Shown in pieces: positions 21,043 through 31,739 of a stretch of 64,000 bases of DNA; position 1 is the stretch's first letter; each line of letters starts with the position of its first letter. The DNA is from Thermoplasmatota archaeon. Its GTDB lineage: Archaea; Thermoplasmatota; Penumbrarchaeia; Penumbrarchaeales; Penumbrarchaeaceae. Location of the stretch: the NCBI GenBank assembly GCA_029762535.1, contig JARVGK010000012.1, forward strand, positions 15,019-79,018, read 5' to 3'. The position numbers and the translations under genes are program-made. Under the pieces are notes generated by a model, which made no database searches, was not told the DNA's origin, and worked only from the letters and a program-made list of their open reading frames with translations.

Positions 21043-21362
21043 AGGTGAGCAACAGGGACAGCATAGCGGGTTACGAGATAACAGAGGACCTTGGTTTGGT
21101 CCGGGCCAACGTCGTGAGGGCCAAACACATAGGCAAGGACCTCATCGCGGGGCTGAAGAACGTGGTGGGAGGCGAGGTCAGGGAGTACACTGAAATGCTC
21201 TCCGAATCCAGGGAGATCGCCCTCAAGAGGATGGAGAAGAAGGCCGAGGAGATGGGTGCCGACGCCGTGGTCAACGTCCGCTTCATGACCTCGGCGATAG
21301 CGGGATCCGCCGCCGAGATCATGGCCTACGGGACGGCGGTCAGGTTGAGGAAGATAATATGA
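21039..21362 (+). CDS. YbjQ/UPF0145 family protein
   Basis: IAGYEI..LGLV, AGLKNVVGGE..YTEML.ESRE.A, GADAVVNVRF, AYGTAV; GTG start at 21039. Confidence 0.9.
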   Translation: MKVSNRDSIAGYEITEDLGLVRANVVRAKHIGKDLIAGLKNVVGGEVREYTEMLSESREIALKRMEKKAEEMGADAVVNVRFMTSAIAGSAAEIMAYGTAVRLRKII

Positions 21363-21473
21363 AGCATACAAAAGATACATGTTCCCGTTAGTACATCCCC
21401 AAACATTGGACCCCGGTCCGCCCCAGCTTGATGGCATTTCGCTGGGCAGCGGATCCCATTCGGGAGATGACCC

Positions 21474-23138
21474 ATGAGGAGGATATTGACCCTCGATCTG
21501 ATAAGGGGATCGAGCATAATCTTCATGATAGGCGCCCATATGTTCAGGGACCTGTACGACAGTTCATGGGTTGGAACGGAGCTGGCCCATTCGAAGTCCC
21601 TTCTCGAGGTCATGTTCCTCTTTTTCATGACATATCTGGGCGGTTTCGCCGGATTGTTCATCATGGTGTCCATCACCTCACACACCCTATCTATCCAGGG
21701 TCAGTTGGGGAAAGGGGCCGAACTGAGGTCCGTGATGGTCAGGCAGTTGGTGGGCGGGTTCATACTTCTCGCATTCGCGTTCCTGGTGGAATCCACCATA
21801 GGGCAGTATGGCTTCCTGGGCCGGATGGCCTATTTCGATCCCGCGGGTCCATTGACATTTGGCGAGGCCGTCGGTTCGAACCTGTCCCGCATATACTACA
21901 GGGGATTCCACTTCATGACGCTTCATGTGATAGCGTGGTCCATCATATTGAACACTATCATACAATGGATACTGTATCGGAACGGGGGGGTCCATCGGAT
22001 CAGGAGGAACGTTATCATCTACGGCGTACTGATCATCGTAACACTGATGTTGACCCCGCTCATGTGGGAACTGGCCGGTACGCTGGTACCCGGCTATCCT
22101 TTCGCAACTTATCCAGGTTCGTTCAGGAGGGTGCAGTATCCAATGGAAGGCGTCACAACGCCCTTTCAAATGGTCCTGCTGTTCTTCATGGGCCCACTGG
22201 CCGGCCAGACCGAACCATTGTTCCCCTTCTTCATCTTTTCATTGATAGGTGCGATCATCGGGATATACCTGGGCATGGACCGCCCGCCCCGGGCCTTCTG
22301 CGCGAAGGGCTTGATGATAGGGTCGATCCTGATCGTGACGGGGATCATCGGGACCTTTCTGTTCTGGAGGTTGGGATCGGATACTTGGTCCGATCTGATG
22401 GAGAACACTTTCATAATCATGAAGATGAACGGATGGCTTTGTTTGATAATGCTCGTCTGCGGAGGAATGCTGATCCTGTTCTTCGGAGCGCTTCGGCTGA
22501 TCGAGTACAGAGGCGTCTCATACGAGATCGCGAATAGGTTCAGTTTCGTAAGGCGCTTCGCGGCCGCTTCCCTGACGGTGTATACCTTTCAGTATCTGGA
22601 TGCCATCCCGAGGTTGCTGCTTTCGAGACTGCCCTGGATCACGGTGGGGTCCAAGGGTACGGGATTGTTCACCACCCTGTTCGCCATACTTCTCGTTGTC
22701 GTCCTATGGGATCTGGTACTTCGCGTCTGGGCCAAGATGGGATTCGCGGGAAGCGTCGAATGGTCACTAACCCTCATCCAGGGGATGTTCGCTCGAAAGG
22801 ACACTCGAAAAGTCACGGGGCGTAGATGGTATGAGGTCCCCAAGCTCGATCTGTTAAAGAAGGACCCCGGCATCGAATGGATACAGTATATTGAAAATGA
22901 GCGCGGTTCCGAAAGGAACGTGATCAAGGAATCCACTCTGGCCCGGGACCTATCTTTACTGGGGATCATCTTCTTTCCGATCTCATTTCTGGCATTGTGT
23001 ATTTCCCTTCCTCTGATGAAAAAAGGTCACCGGAACGGGAGTTTGGTGTTCTCGATAGCATTGTCGAAGATCGGGATCGCCTTGGGCGCCGTGGAGTTGA
23101 TCATACTTTCGTACATCGACAATCCGATCGTTACATGA
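21474..23138 (+). CDS. Multi-TM membrane protein of the DUF1624/HGSNAT-like acyltransferase clan
   Basis: N-terminal RILTLDLIRG..IIFMIGAH, about 12 hydrophobic helices, SLTVY and GSVEW motifs. Confidence 0.65.
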   Translation: MRRILTLDLIRGSSIIFMIGAHMFRDLYDSSWVGTELAHSKSLLEVMFLFFMTYLGGFAGLFIMVSITSHTLSIQGQLGKGAELRSVMVRQLVGGFILLAFAFLVESTIGQYGFLGRMAYFDPAGPLTFGEAVGSNLSRIYYRGFHFMTLHVIAWSIILNTIIQWILYRNGGVHRIRRNVIIYGVLIIVTLMLTPLMWELAGTLVPGYPFATYPGSFRRVQYPMEGVTTPFQMVLLFFMGPLAGQTEPLFPFFIFSLIGAIIGIYLGMDRPPRAFCAKGLMIGSILIVTGIIGTFLFWRLGSDTWSDLMENTFIIMKMNGWLCLIMLVCGGMLILFFGALRLIEYRGVSYEIANRFSFVRRFAAASLTVYTFQYLDAIPRLLLSRLPWITVGSKGTGLFTTLFAILLVVVLWDLVLRVWAKMGFAGSVEWSLTLIQGMFARKDTRKVTGRRWYEVPKLDLLKKDPGIEWIQYIENERGSERNVIKESTLARDLSLLGIIFFPISFLALCISLPLMKKGHRNGSLVFSIALSKIGIALGAVELIILSYIDNPIVT

Positions 23139-23222
23139 TGTATCGATCGTGGCAGATATTAAAGCAAAATGGGGTCCACCCGATGCTCTCACTCATCATC
23201 AACTTGATCTTCGAAATACAGT

Positions 23223-24488
23223 TCAACGTTCGTGTATGAGTGTCTCTATCGGATCGTTCTTTCCATTGAGGATCATCCTCGAAGCGAACAGTAGCGACCC
23301 CATTATGCAGATCGACCCGCCAAAACCGAGCGTTAGCGGAGCGCCGAAGCGGTCCGCAAAAAACCCCATGAAAAGGCTTCCCAAGGGGAAGATCCCGACT
23401 ATCGCCAGAGCATAGAAGCTCATCACCCTGGCCCTCTTGTCGTCGTCCACGATCGTCTGAAGTATGGTGTTGCTCGACGCTGTCAGGAGTATCATCCCGA
23501 GGCCGATGAATGACATGAGTACCAGGGAGAGCACCAGCCACCTGGATAACGAGAACGCCACGAGAACGATGGAGAAGCCGACGGACGAACCCGCGATGAT
23601 CCTCGTCAGCCCTCTGGCATCCTTTCTCGAGGCCAGGTAGAGCGCCCCGATCAAGGCACCCGCCCCCATGGCCCCCATCAGGAAACCGTATGTCCTCGGA
23701 CCGCCCATAAGAACATCCTTGGCGAATACCGGCATCAGAACGATGAAGGGCATTCCCATGAAGCTGAGGAGGGCAAGGAGGACCATTATGTTCCTCACCG
23801 GCGCGAAACCGAACGTGTATGCGAAACCTTCCCTTATGACCCTCATCACGGCCTGCCCCTTTCCGTGCAGTTCCTTTTCCCTGAGGTTCATCGCGAGCAG
23901 AGAACCTATGACGAAGATGAAGCTCGCCCCGTTGACAGCGAAGCAGATACCCTCGTTCGTCAGGGCTATCATGATCCCCGCCACCGAGGGTCCGACGAGG
24001 CGTGCGGCATTGAACATGGAGGAGTTAAGCGCGATCGCGTTGCCCAGGTCCTTCCTGTCATCCACCATATCGACGACGAAGGACTGCCTCGCCGGAATGT
24101 CGAAAGCGTTGATGCATCCCAATAACAGGCTCAGAGCGATCAACACAAGCGGGTCCGATCCCCCCGTGAAATAATATACCGACAAGGCCAGAGCCTGTGC
24201 CATGGAGAGGACCTGGGTCCATAACAGCACCTTGTAGCGGTCCCATCTGTCTATGATCGCCCCGGCCACAGGTGATAATATGATGGCAGGGATCCACCCC
24301 GCAAAGGAGACAACTCCCAGAAGGAAAGGGGATCCGGTCAGGCGGAATACATACCAGGGCAAGGCGATCCTCTGGATCCATGTCCCCATCAAAGACACGC
24401 CCTGTCCGGCGAAGAACAGCCGGTAGTTCCTGTATCTGAGGGAGCGGAACGTGCTTCTCAACCACGTCTTCCCCCAAATATCGCTCAT
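23223..24488 (-). CDS. MFS transporter (MFS_3/EntS-like)
   Basis: FRSLRYRNYRLFFAGQGVSLMGTW, G.IIDRWDR, NAFDIPARQS, NAARLVGP, RARVMS; start MSDIW at 24488. Confidence 0.92.
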   Translation of the reverse strand: MSDIWGKTWLRSTFRSLRYRNYRLFFAGQGVSLMGTWIQRIALPWYVFRLTGSPFLLGVVSFAGWIPAIILSPVAGAIIDRWDRYKVLLWTQVLSMAQALALSVYYFTGGSDPLVLIALSLLLGCINAFDIPARQSFVVDMVDDRKDLGNAIALNSSMFNAARLVGPSVAGIMIALTNEGICFAVNGASFIFVIGSLLAMNLREKELHGKGQAVMRVIREGFAYTFGFAPVRNIMVLLALLSFMGMPFIVLMPVFAKDVLMGGPRTYGFLMGAMGAGALIGALYLASRKDARGLTRIIAGSSVGFSIVLVAFSLSRWLVLSLVLMSFIGLGMILLTASSNTILQTIVDDDKRARVMSFYALAIVGIFPLGSLFMGFFADRFGAPLTLGFGGSICIMGSLLFASRMILNGKNDPIETLIHER

Positions 24489-24629
24489 GATACCACCTCG
24501 ATGATCCGCGATCCAATAAACATTCGGGAGAGTCCGATCCTGCATATTAGCGTTGCTGGGGGGGCATTCACAAAATGTATAATAATACCCTCAACGTTGC
24601 AATAGCGGGGAATCCCAGGGGACACTTCT

Positions 24630-27600
24630 ATGGACAGGTCGTTGAAGCTAGCCGCTTTTATAGTTGTTTCTTTGATGTTGATCACGCCTTTGTTGTCATC
24701 GGCCGACTCGTTCCCGGTCACAAGGGCCTCGTATCCGAAGATGGCACAGGTCACGGTCCGCCTCACATATCCGAACGCCACTGTAGCTAAGGGATGCAAC
24801 GTTTATGTACACAAATTCGATAGTGGATACGGCTACACCCACTCATCTGGGGTGACGGATGTTACGGGAATGGTCGAGATAGATGTCACTCCTTACGAAC
24901 TGGGACCATGCTATATAACGGCCCAAAACGAAACTGGCCTGAGGTTCGTAAGGGAACAGATATACATCGAGCCGGGAGGAGTTTACGAGAGGAACATGGT
25001 CCTTTGGGAGGGCATGCCCTTCGATTACAATATACACGGGACCGTAAGGAACCTGAAGACGGGTGGGACGATTTCGGGAGCAAGCGTACAGATATACGGA
25101 TCGGATGAGATGACCCGCAATATAAACATCAACCGAAAAACAGGGTCCGATGGGAGATACTCATTGTATGTCCCATATTCACCTTATCCATACAGCATCC
25201 AGGTAGGAATGTCCGGCATTCCCGGGATGAGGTCCTATTCATCGACCCTATACCTGAACAGGTCGATTACCAGCTATCAGATGGATGTCGATCTGAGGTC
25301 CGATCCGCCCACGAACCCGCTGAACATCAGGTTCCTCGATAGTTCGACGGGACAGCCTATAGAGTTTCCTAACATTGTGGTAAGCGGGACCAAGGCATAC
25401 GACGATCATATACCATATTATTATGACTCATATTTTGGGCTCGGCTCACCATGGTGGCTTAACCTGTCTTTGGGGAAGGGAGAGTACGTCTATAGCTTTC
25501 ACAAGTCTGTATATCGCGGGGGCGGAAGTATGACCTTCTCTACGAATTACGGGGTCATCATGGAAGACATTCCGATAACAAGGGAGGTCTCGGTTCCCAT
25601 AGTCCATGATCTCAGGAACGTCACCTTCAGGGTCGTTACCAAGGGAACGGGAGTGCCGATCCCATCGGTCAACATATTCTCAAATGAGGTCCATTACGAG
25701 GATCTGGGAATACTGATGAGGACCATCTCATCCGGTTACACCAACGCGACCGGCCATGTGACCATGCCGATGCTGCCCGGAAGGGAATACGAGTTCAGAT
25801 TTTCGAGATACTCCTATGATGAAACGTCGATCACAATTCCCGCCGGCCCCGTTACCGATCACAGAAATATCGAGGTGGAGATGGAGCATCGTCCGAAACC
25901 ATCACCTGGTTCGGGTAACATATCCATACTGGCGAAGGATCAGGCCACAGGCAGGATACTTCCGTATGTCACTTTGACCGGCAGAAGCGATGATATGTAT
26001 TTCGTGGGGAACACTATGGAAGATGGCTACATGAACATGTCCGTCCCGGCGGTGAGATACTACGAGATAGAGCTCAAATGCGGCCTGGGAACGGGGACGG
26101 TCAACGATGTTTTGGTCCAGAAGGACGGGACAACCACCTTGACAATGTTCCTCACTGAAAGGAGGACCTTCTATGAGAAACCAAGATATGAATATTCATT
26201 CAGGCTCGTGAACGAGGCGGGGGATCCCCTGCCCAACAAGTACGTCCCGATCACGAAAGAAGTTGATGGCGGCGGAGGTTGGTGGCTTCTGAGCTCCCAT
26301 TCTGATGGGGACGGATCGGTCCGCATTATCTGGGAAGAGGGTGATTATGAGATATTCAAGACCGAAGTTTATGGCCGATACGATATCATGACCCAGACCA
26401 GAACACATCACGTTCCCGCCGTTGGGGACGGGTTCACGGTAGGCGCCCCGGGCGGGATGGGGCCGGACATAACGCTCTACAGCGCCCATCCGTTCACCGA
26501 CGTCTCGGGTACTGTTAAAGAGCTTGGAAGCGGGGATCCGATCTTCAACGCGGGGATAGAGTACAGCACAGGAAGGGGTCTGGACGAGGATCCGGGCCTG
26601 GATGTGGTGTACATGAAGAGCCGTTTCTCATCGACCACCGAGGGCAGATACAGGATGTGGGGCAAGGACGAGATCGAATACAGATGCACGAGGCCGGGTT
26701 ATTTCCCTAAAAGCGGCATGGTCGATACATCCTCCAGAGGCCCCACCATGGACATATTCCTCGAGCCCCTGCTCGAGATGATCACGTTCGTCAACGGCAC
26801 ACTTGTGGACTATATGAACGTGACCAGTAGCGGTTACGTGGAGATATACGATCTTGACAGGGACCTCTACGAGGTGGGTGTATACATGCCCTCGGAGGAT
26901 GGACTATTCTCCATACCGGTATATCCGGGCAGGTTCGAGATCAGATACGGGAACGATACGATCCACGAGATCGTCGAGATCACCGTCGGCGAGGATGGAT
27001 TGGAAGATTTGCTTCTGGTCATGACGCCGGAGACAGTTATCGAGGGCATGGTGGTGAACTGGAGCGAGGATCCCCTCGAGGGGATCGATGTGGACCTGAT
27101 ATCGGGCGATGATGTCGTGGATACAGCCACGACAGATGGAGAGGGCCATTACATTTTCGAGGCCCTTCCCGGGACATATCACCTAATAGTAGCCGGCAGC
27201 GAGCTCTACGAGGAATACATGAGCGAGGACATAGTGGCGACGGGATACAATGCATTCACTATCGACATCACGCTCATGAACCGTACAACGGGAGATCTCC
27301 AAGGAATGGTCATCGGCGACTCACCAATTGGCCAAGGTCCGATCATCGGAGCCCTCGTTGACCTCATGATCGGATCGAACGATACGGTATCGTCCACAAC
27401 GACAGACGAGGATGGCCTCTTTTCGTTCGCCGATGTGGAATATGCTTCGGGTTACCACCTTCATGTCGAACCTCCCGCGAATATGACATACGATGAGGAG
27501 GAACGAATTCCCGGGTACCTTCCGACTATCCATGGTCCCTTCGATCTGATGACGATGGACCTATTGATCGAGGTAGAACTGGAGTATCGTGAGATCGAAT

Positions 27601-28589
27601 ATCCCGGGTATTACAACATCACGACCTATTCTCCATCAGGTAGCGATGTTTTCCTGAACGAGCCGATCTGGATGAGGTTCTCCCACGCGATCAACATATC
27701 GACGTTCAACGACAATGTGATCGTCCATCCCGAACTGGCGGAACCGGTTGTGGTGTGGAGCGAGGGCAACACGAAGCTGATGATCGATCATTTTGGTTTC
27801 ACGCCCAACACCACATACACGGTGAGGGTCCTTCCGGGGCTCCTGTCCGTGGAGGGCTATTCGCTCTTCACCAGACCTTACTTTGTCTGGAACTTCACGA
27901 CCGGTATGGAGGAGATCACCTGGCGCCTGGACAACAAGGTCATCTCCATATTCGACAACAGGACCGTTCAGGTGTCCGTAACTGGGCTTGAGGGTTTGAT
28001 CGTGTACTTCGTTATCGAGGGTATCGACTCATTCCCGCTCACCGAGGAGCCCCTCGGCACATACAGAGGCTTCGTTCAGGGATCGCTTCTGGAATGGGAT
28101 ACGGAGTATGATTACCATTTCTCCGATGCGGATGGAGGTCCCGACAGAGCACCGGCCCTCGCCGGCAGCTTCATGACGCCGGAGGAGGTAATTCCATGGA
28201 AGCTGGATTCCGCCAGTGTGAAAATAGACAAGGACGGCAACTGGGTCGTGAAGGCCGAGGGCAACCCCGGTCAGGACGTTCACATCGTGATAGATGGAGT
28301 TGGGTCCTTCAAGCTGACGGAGACGTCTCCCGGCATCTACGAGACAGAGATCCAGGCCAGGGAGTTCGATGAGGGCGAGGAATACGATTACTGGTTCTCC
28401 GACGCCGTAGACGGCGAGGACAAGGCCCCTGCGCTTTCCGGGTCATTGAAGGCCAAGGCCGAGGATCCCGCCGGAGGGATGTGGTGGCTATGCTGCCTCG
28501 CAGGCCTGGTCAGCGTCATACTCCTTATGCTTGTCGTAATCATTGTCCTTGTTCTCAAGAAGGGAAAGGGATCCGACATCGAGGAATGA
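24630..28589 (+). CDS. Secreted surface protein with carboxypeptidase-regulatory-like repeats, an Ig-like domain and a C-terminal TM anchor
   Basis: Signal peptide; repeated G.V.....PI.GA.V....TD.DG.Y units; Big_5-like P..SDV..N.PI...FS; WWLCC-TM-KKGKGSDIEE. Confidence 0.82.
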   Translation: MDRSLKLAAFIVVSLMLITPLLSSADSFPVTRASYPKMAQVTVRLTYPNATVAKGCNVYVHKFDSGYGYTHSSGVTDVTGMVEIDVTPYELGPCYITAQNETGLRFVREQIYIEPGGVYERNMVLWEGMPFDYNIHGTVRNLKTGGTISGASVQIYGSDEMTRNININRKTGSDGRYSLYVPYSPYPYSIQVGMSGIPGMRSYSSTLYLNRSITSYQMDVDLRSDPPTNPLNIRFLDSSTGQPIEFPNIVVSGTKAYDDHIPYYYDSYFGLGSPWWLNLSLGKGEYVYSFHKSVYRGGGSMTFSTNYGVIMEDIPITREVSVPIVHDLRNVTFRVVTKGTGVPIPSVNIFSNEVHYEDLGILMRTISSGYTNATGHVTMPMLPGREYEFRFSRYSYDETSITIPAGPVTDHRNIEVEMEHRPKPSPGSGNISILAKDQATGRILPYVTLTGRSDDMYFVGNTMEDGYMNMSVPAVRYYEIELKCGLGTGTVNDVLVQKDGTTTLTMFLTERRTFYEKPRYEYSFRLVNEAGDPLPNKYVPITKEVDGGGGWWLLSSHSDGDGSVRIIWEEGDYEIFKTEVYGRYDIMTQTRTHHVPAVGDGFTVGAPGGMGPDITLYSAHPFTDVSGTVKELGSGDPIFNAGIEYSTGRGLDEDPGLDVVYMKSRFSSTTEGRYRMWGKDEIEYRCTRPGYFPKSGMVDTSSRGPTMDIFLEPLLEMITFVNGTLVDYMNVTSSGYVEIYDLDRDLYEVGVYMPSEDGLFSIPVYPGRFEIRYGNDTIHEIVEITVGEDGLEDLLLVMTPETVIEGMVVNWSEDPLEGIDVDLISGDDVVDTATTDGEGHYIFEALPGTYHLIVAGSELYEEYMSEDIVATGYNAFTIDITLMNRTTGDLQGMVIGDSPIGQGPIIGALVDLMIGSNDTVSSTTTDEDGLFSFADVEYASGYHLHVEPPANMTYDEEERIPGYLPTIHGPFDLMTMDLLIEVELEYREIEYPGYYNITTYSPSGSDVFLNEPIWMRFSHAINISTFNDNVIVHPELAEPVVVWSEGNTKLMIDHFGFTPNTTYTVRVLPGLLSVEGYSLFTRPYFVWNFTTGMEEITWRLDNKVISIFDNRTVQVSVTGLEGLIVYFVIEGIDSFPLTEEPLGTYRGFVQGSLLEWDTEYDYHFSDADGGPDRAPALAGSFMTPEEVIPWKLDSASVKIDKDGNWVVKAEGNPGQDVHIVIDGVGSFKLTETSPGIYETEIQAREFDEGEEYDYWFSDAVDGEDKAPALSGSLKAKAEDPAGGMWWLCCLAGLVSVILLMLVVIIVLVLKKGKGSDIEE

Positions 28590-28634
28590 TGTTCCGGCAA
28601 GAAAAAATAATAGTATACATGCCATGCACCCGTT

Positions 28635-29435
28635 ATGCCAAGCTGCGCCCTGCTCTACACATCGACAACTATGAATACGAAGCTCGCATGCGAGCACCTC
28701 ACGAGGAGGATCCCCCAGGTCGAGTTCGAGCTGTTCGACATGCGGGACCTCACCGGTTTCGACCCGCAAAGGTACACCTTTGTGGGCTTTGCATCATACG
28801 TCGATCATCAGGCCCCGCCCCTTTCTTTCATGGAGGCATTGTCGGGACTCGGGGATGCGGGGGGAAAGGAGGCTTTCGTCCTGCTCACATATGCGGCGCT
28901 GCAGGGGACGGCGCTCCTGCGCATGGCTGATGCGGTACGGGGCAGGGGATACAGGGTCATTCACGGCCACGCACTACCTATGCCGGAGAACTATCCCCCG
29001 CAGCGTAAGCGGGGTATGAAACTGGACGAGAACCCCAAAGATGTTGAAATGGATAGATTCAGGCAGTTCATAAGGGAGATCGGGGACCTCATCGTCACGA
29101 GGGAGCTCAAGGGAGAGGTCCGACCGAGGAAGATCTCCGTGGGACTGGTGAACTCCCTGTTCAGGAAGGGCGTGAGGAAGGATGGGGCCAAGGGCATGGG
29201 CAAAAAGATTGTCGATGGGGATCTCTGCACTCGCTGCGGGGCATGTGAGAGGAACTGCCCTTACGGGGCGATACGTATGGAGGATGGCCCGATATTCGAC
29301 GAGGATCGATGCCATTCCTGTTTCTCCTGTTACAATCACTGTCACGTTGGCGCCATCACATCGGAGAAGGTCAGGACATCGGATCACAGGTATTCTGGTC
29401 CATCCGAGGAGCTGAAAAAGAGGATGAGCTACTGA
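28635..29435 (+). CDS. EFR1-family flavodoxin-ferredoxin fusion
   Basis: YTSTTMNT flavodoxin-like start, MPENY, CTRCGACERNCP and CHSCFSCYNHC. Confidence 0.88.
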   Translation: MPSCALLYTSTTMNTKLACEHLTRRIPQVEFELFDMRDLTGFDPQRYTFVGFASYVDHQAPPLSFMEALSGLGDAGGKEAFVLLTYAALQGTALLRMADAVRGRGYRVIHGHALPMPENYPPQRKRGMKLDENPKDVEMDRFRQFIREIGDLIVTRELKGEVRPRKISVGLVNSLFRKGVRKDGAKGMGKKIVDGDLCTRCGACERNCPYGAIRMEDGPIFDEDRCHSCFSCYNHCHVGAITSEKVRTSDHRYSGPSEELKKRMSY

Positions 29436-29540
29436 TGGTCCTATCGATAATGAAAGGGTCCAGGTCGAAGTTGTAAGGAATATGCGGATAAGTAGACGGA
29501 TACGCGTATATTCTTCATAAAAAGAGGAAAAGGCATAACT

Positions 29541-29756
29541 ATGAAAAGAAACAAGAATATCAATATGTACGGAAAAGAAGATATCGAAAATATCATCGTG
29601 GAATATGAAAGAGCACTTCGCAGCTCGAAGGATCCCTTCAGCGAAGATCAGGTCCGATCCCTGAAGACCGCTTTTGGAATGGGGATCACACAAGCTCTCC
29701 TTCTCATCGAGAGGCGTATAGAGGCGGCTCCCAGCTCGATAAGGACGATGAAATAA
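29541..29756 (+). CDS. Small hypothetical protein
   Basis: 71-aa ORF with upstream GAGG; plausible amino-acid composition. Confidence 0.45.
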   Translation: MKRNKNINMYGKEDIENIIVEYERALRSSKDPFSEDQVRSLKTAFGMGITQALLLIERRIEAAPSSIRTMK

Positions 29757-29762
29757 AGGAAG

Positions 29763-30206
29763 TTAAGGGATCTCGAAGAGGGCATCCTTGACCCTCTTCA
29801 TGACTATCTGGACCGAGCAATCCGCAACGCCGCAGGAGAGGAGCCTCGATGTGACGAAGGTGTTGAGGTCCTCCATGTCGGAGAAGAAACCTATGGCCAT
29901 TACCGAATGGTCTCCGGTTATCTGATATATCGATACCAGCTCCTTGAATTCCTTCAGCTGTCTGATCATCTTTCCACTGTTGTCTCCCTGCACTTTGATC
30001 ATGAGGACCGCCTGGACCCGCCTGTTGAACTTGGTAGGATTGAGTATCGCTGTATACCCTTTGATGTGTCCGGTCCTCTCCAGCTTCTCGAGCCTGTACC
30101 TGACCCCGTTCTCGCTGAGCTGTACCTTTCTCGCTATATCGGATATGGTGATCCTGGCGTTGTCCTGCAGCAGTCTGATGATCTCCGTGTCGATCCTGCT
30201 TGCCAT
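29763..30206 (-). CDS. Lrp/AsnC family transcriptional regulator
   Basis: IDTEIIRLLQDNARITISDIARKVQLSENGVRYRLEKLE..GHIKGY HTH; YQITGD. Confidence 0.93.
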   Translation of the reverse strand: MASRIDTEIIRLLQDNARITISDIARKVQLSENGVRYRLEKLERTGHIKGYTAILNPTKFNRRVQAVLMIKVQGDNSGKMIRQLKEFKELVSIYQITGDHSVMAIGFFSDMEDLNTFVTSRLLSCGVADCSVQIVMKRVKDALFEIP

Positions 30207-30365
30207 CCTATCACCAATGGTCGAGCATGTCGTTCATGATAGATTAGGATTCCGCAGAAAAACGGAACAAAAACCTCCGTATCCTCAAAGAATCTATTTA
30301 AAACAGAAACCAGAACCCCATGAAGATATGAGAAAATAAAAATATCTCAACGGTGGGGCGAGCAT

Positions 30366-31739
30366 ATGGACGAACGTATAGAAAAGAAACTTTACAACCG
30401 CAGGGTGGGAAGGACGCCTCTTGTCAGAGCAAAGGGCCTGGAGAAGGCTCTGGACATGGAGGGTCTATACTTGAAGCTCGAGGGCACGAATCCCTCCGGG
30501 CATAAATGCGACCGCAGGTCCATATACACGGTCAAGCAGGCAAAGATAAGAAAGGCCGCGGACCTGACCATAGGTACCATCGGGTATATGGCCCGGTCCC
30601 TATCTGTACTCTGCCAGATGCACGATATCGATTTCCATCCATTCATCGCCTCGGGATATCCGGATGTCGAGGTCCCGGAGGGAGGGATCAAGGTGAAAGG
30701 AACTCTCGAGGACGCCGTCAAGAAGAGCATGGAGGCCGCGAAGGCGAACGGATGGTACGATGCAAATTCGCAGATGCCCCAGAGCCTGGACGATCTCGCC
30801 TACTCCTCGATATCCCGGGAGATACATTCGTCCCTGGGACTGATACCCGCTTGCATCTCGATGTCCGTATCGTCCGGGTCAATGGCCTATGGCATACACG
30901 CAGGGTTTCTCGAGATATCGGTGCTTGAGGATGCGCAGCGGATGCCTGTGATGATAGGTGGGACCAGCAGGTATGGGAACGCCGTTCTGGCATCATATGA
31001 AAAGGGAGCGGACAGGGTAGAACACATGGTCATCGATATCCCATCGATGAAGAGCCCGATGTCGCCGCTCTTCCATTCCGGAGGTCAGGACGGTTCCCAG
31101 GTACTGGATGCTTTCAGGGACACCGGCGGTGGCATCTTCGGTTTCGAAAGGGAGCAACTGACGGCGACGAGAACGCTTCTGCGCAGGAAGGAGGGTATAG
31201 ACTGCGATCTCTATTCCATTGCGGGATTGAACGCCTTGATAAAGGCCAGGGAGAACGGCCTGATCGGAAATGGCCCGAACATCGTCGTCCTCTCCACGGG
31301 AAGGCCCGATACCGTTGTCAGAAGGATGGCGGGATCCGAGATCGACACGCATGATCTGGCATTGACATTGGATTCCTGGCTTGGAAGGTTCACCGACCCC
31401 ATCGAGGAGATCGAGGATGCCGTCCAGAACGCTTTCGATGAGGGATTCGTCATCGGAGCCTACCGGGGTGATGACCTCAGCGGGATAGTGATACTGTCCA
31501 GGATGCATTTCGATAGCTTCTTTCCAAAATATCATCTATCCTACATAGCCTCGGACCCGAGGTCCACCGGCAGGGGGATCGGCACCAGTTTGATGGACAA
31601 GGCGATCGAGCTGACCGACGGTGATTTCTCGCTTCATGTGGAACCGGACAACCGAAAGGCGATAAACGTCTACAGGAAGATGGGTATGGACGTCAAGTAC
31701 CTTCGTATGCATTTCAGGAAGCCCAAGGAGGAGGCTTGA
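30366..31739 (+). CDS. Threonine-synthase-like (fold type II) domain fused to a C-terminal GNAT acetyltransferase
   Basis: VGRTPLVRA..LE..L....LYLKLEGTNPSG, VVLSTG; GNAT YHLSYIA...RSTGRGIGTSLM...LHVEPDNRKAINVYRKMG. Confidence 0.82.
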   Translation: MDERIEKKLYNRRVGRTPLVRAKGLEKALDMEGLYLKLEGTNPSGHKCDRRSIYTVKQAKIRKAADLTIGTIGYMARSLSVLCQMHDIDFHPFIASGYPDVEVPEGGIKVKGTLEDAVKKSMEAAKANGWYDANSQMPQSLDDLAYSSISREIHSSLGLIPACISMSVSSGSMAYGIHAGFLEISVLEDAQRMPVMIGGTSRYGNAVLASYEKGADRVEHMVIDIPSMKSPMSPLFHSGGQDGSQVLDAFRDTGGGIFGFEREQLTATRTLLRRKEGIDCDLYSIAGLNALIKARENGLIGNGPNIVVLSTGRPDTVVRRMAGSEIDTHDLALTLDSWLGRFTDPIEEIEDAVQNAFDEGFVIGAYRGDDLSGIVILSRMHFDSFFPKYHLSYIASDPRSTGRGIGTSLMDKAIELTDGDFSLHVEPDNRKAINVYRKMGMDVKYLRMHFRKPKEEA

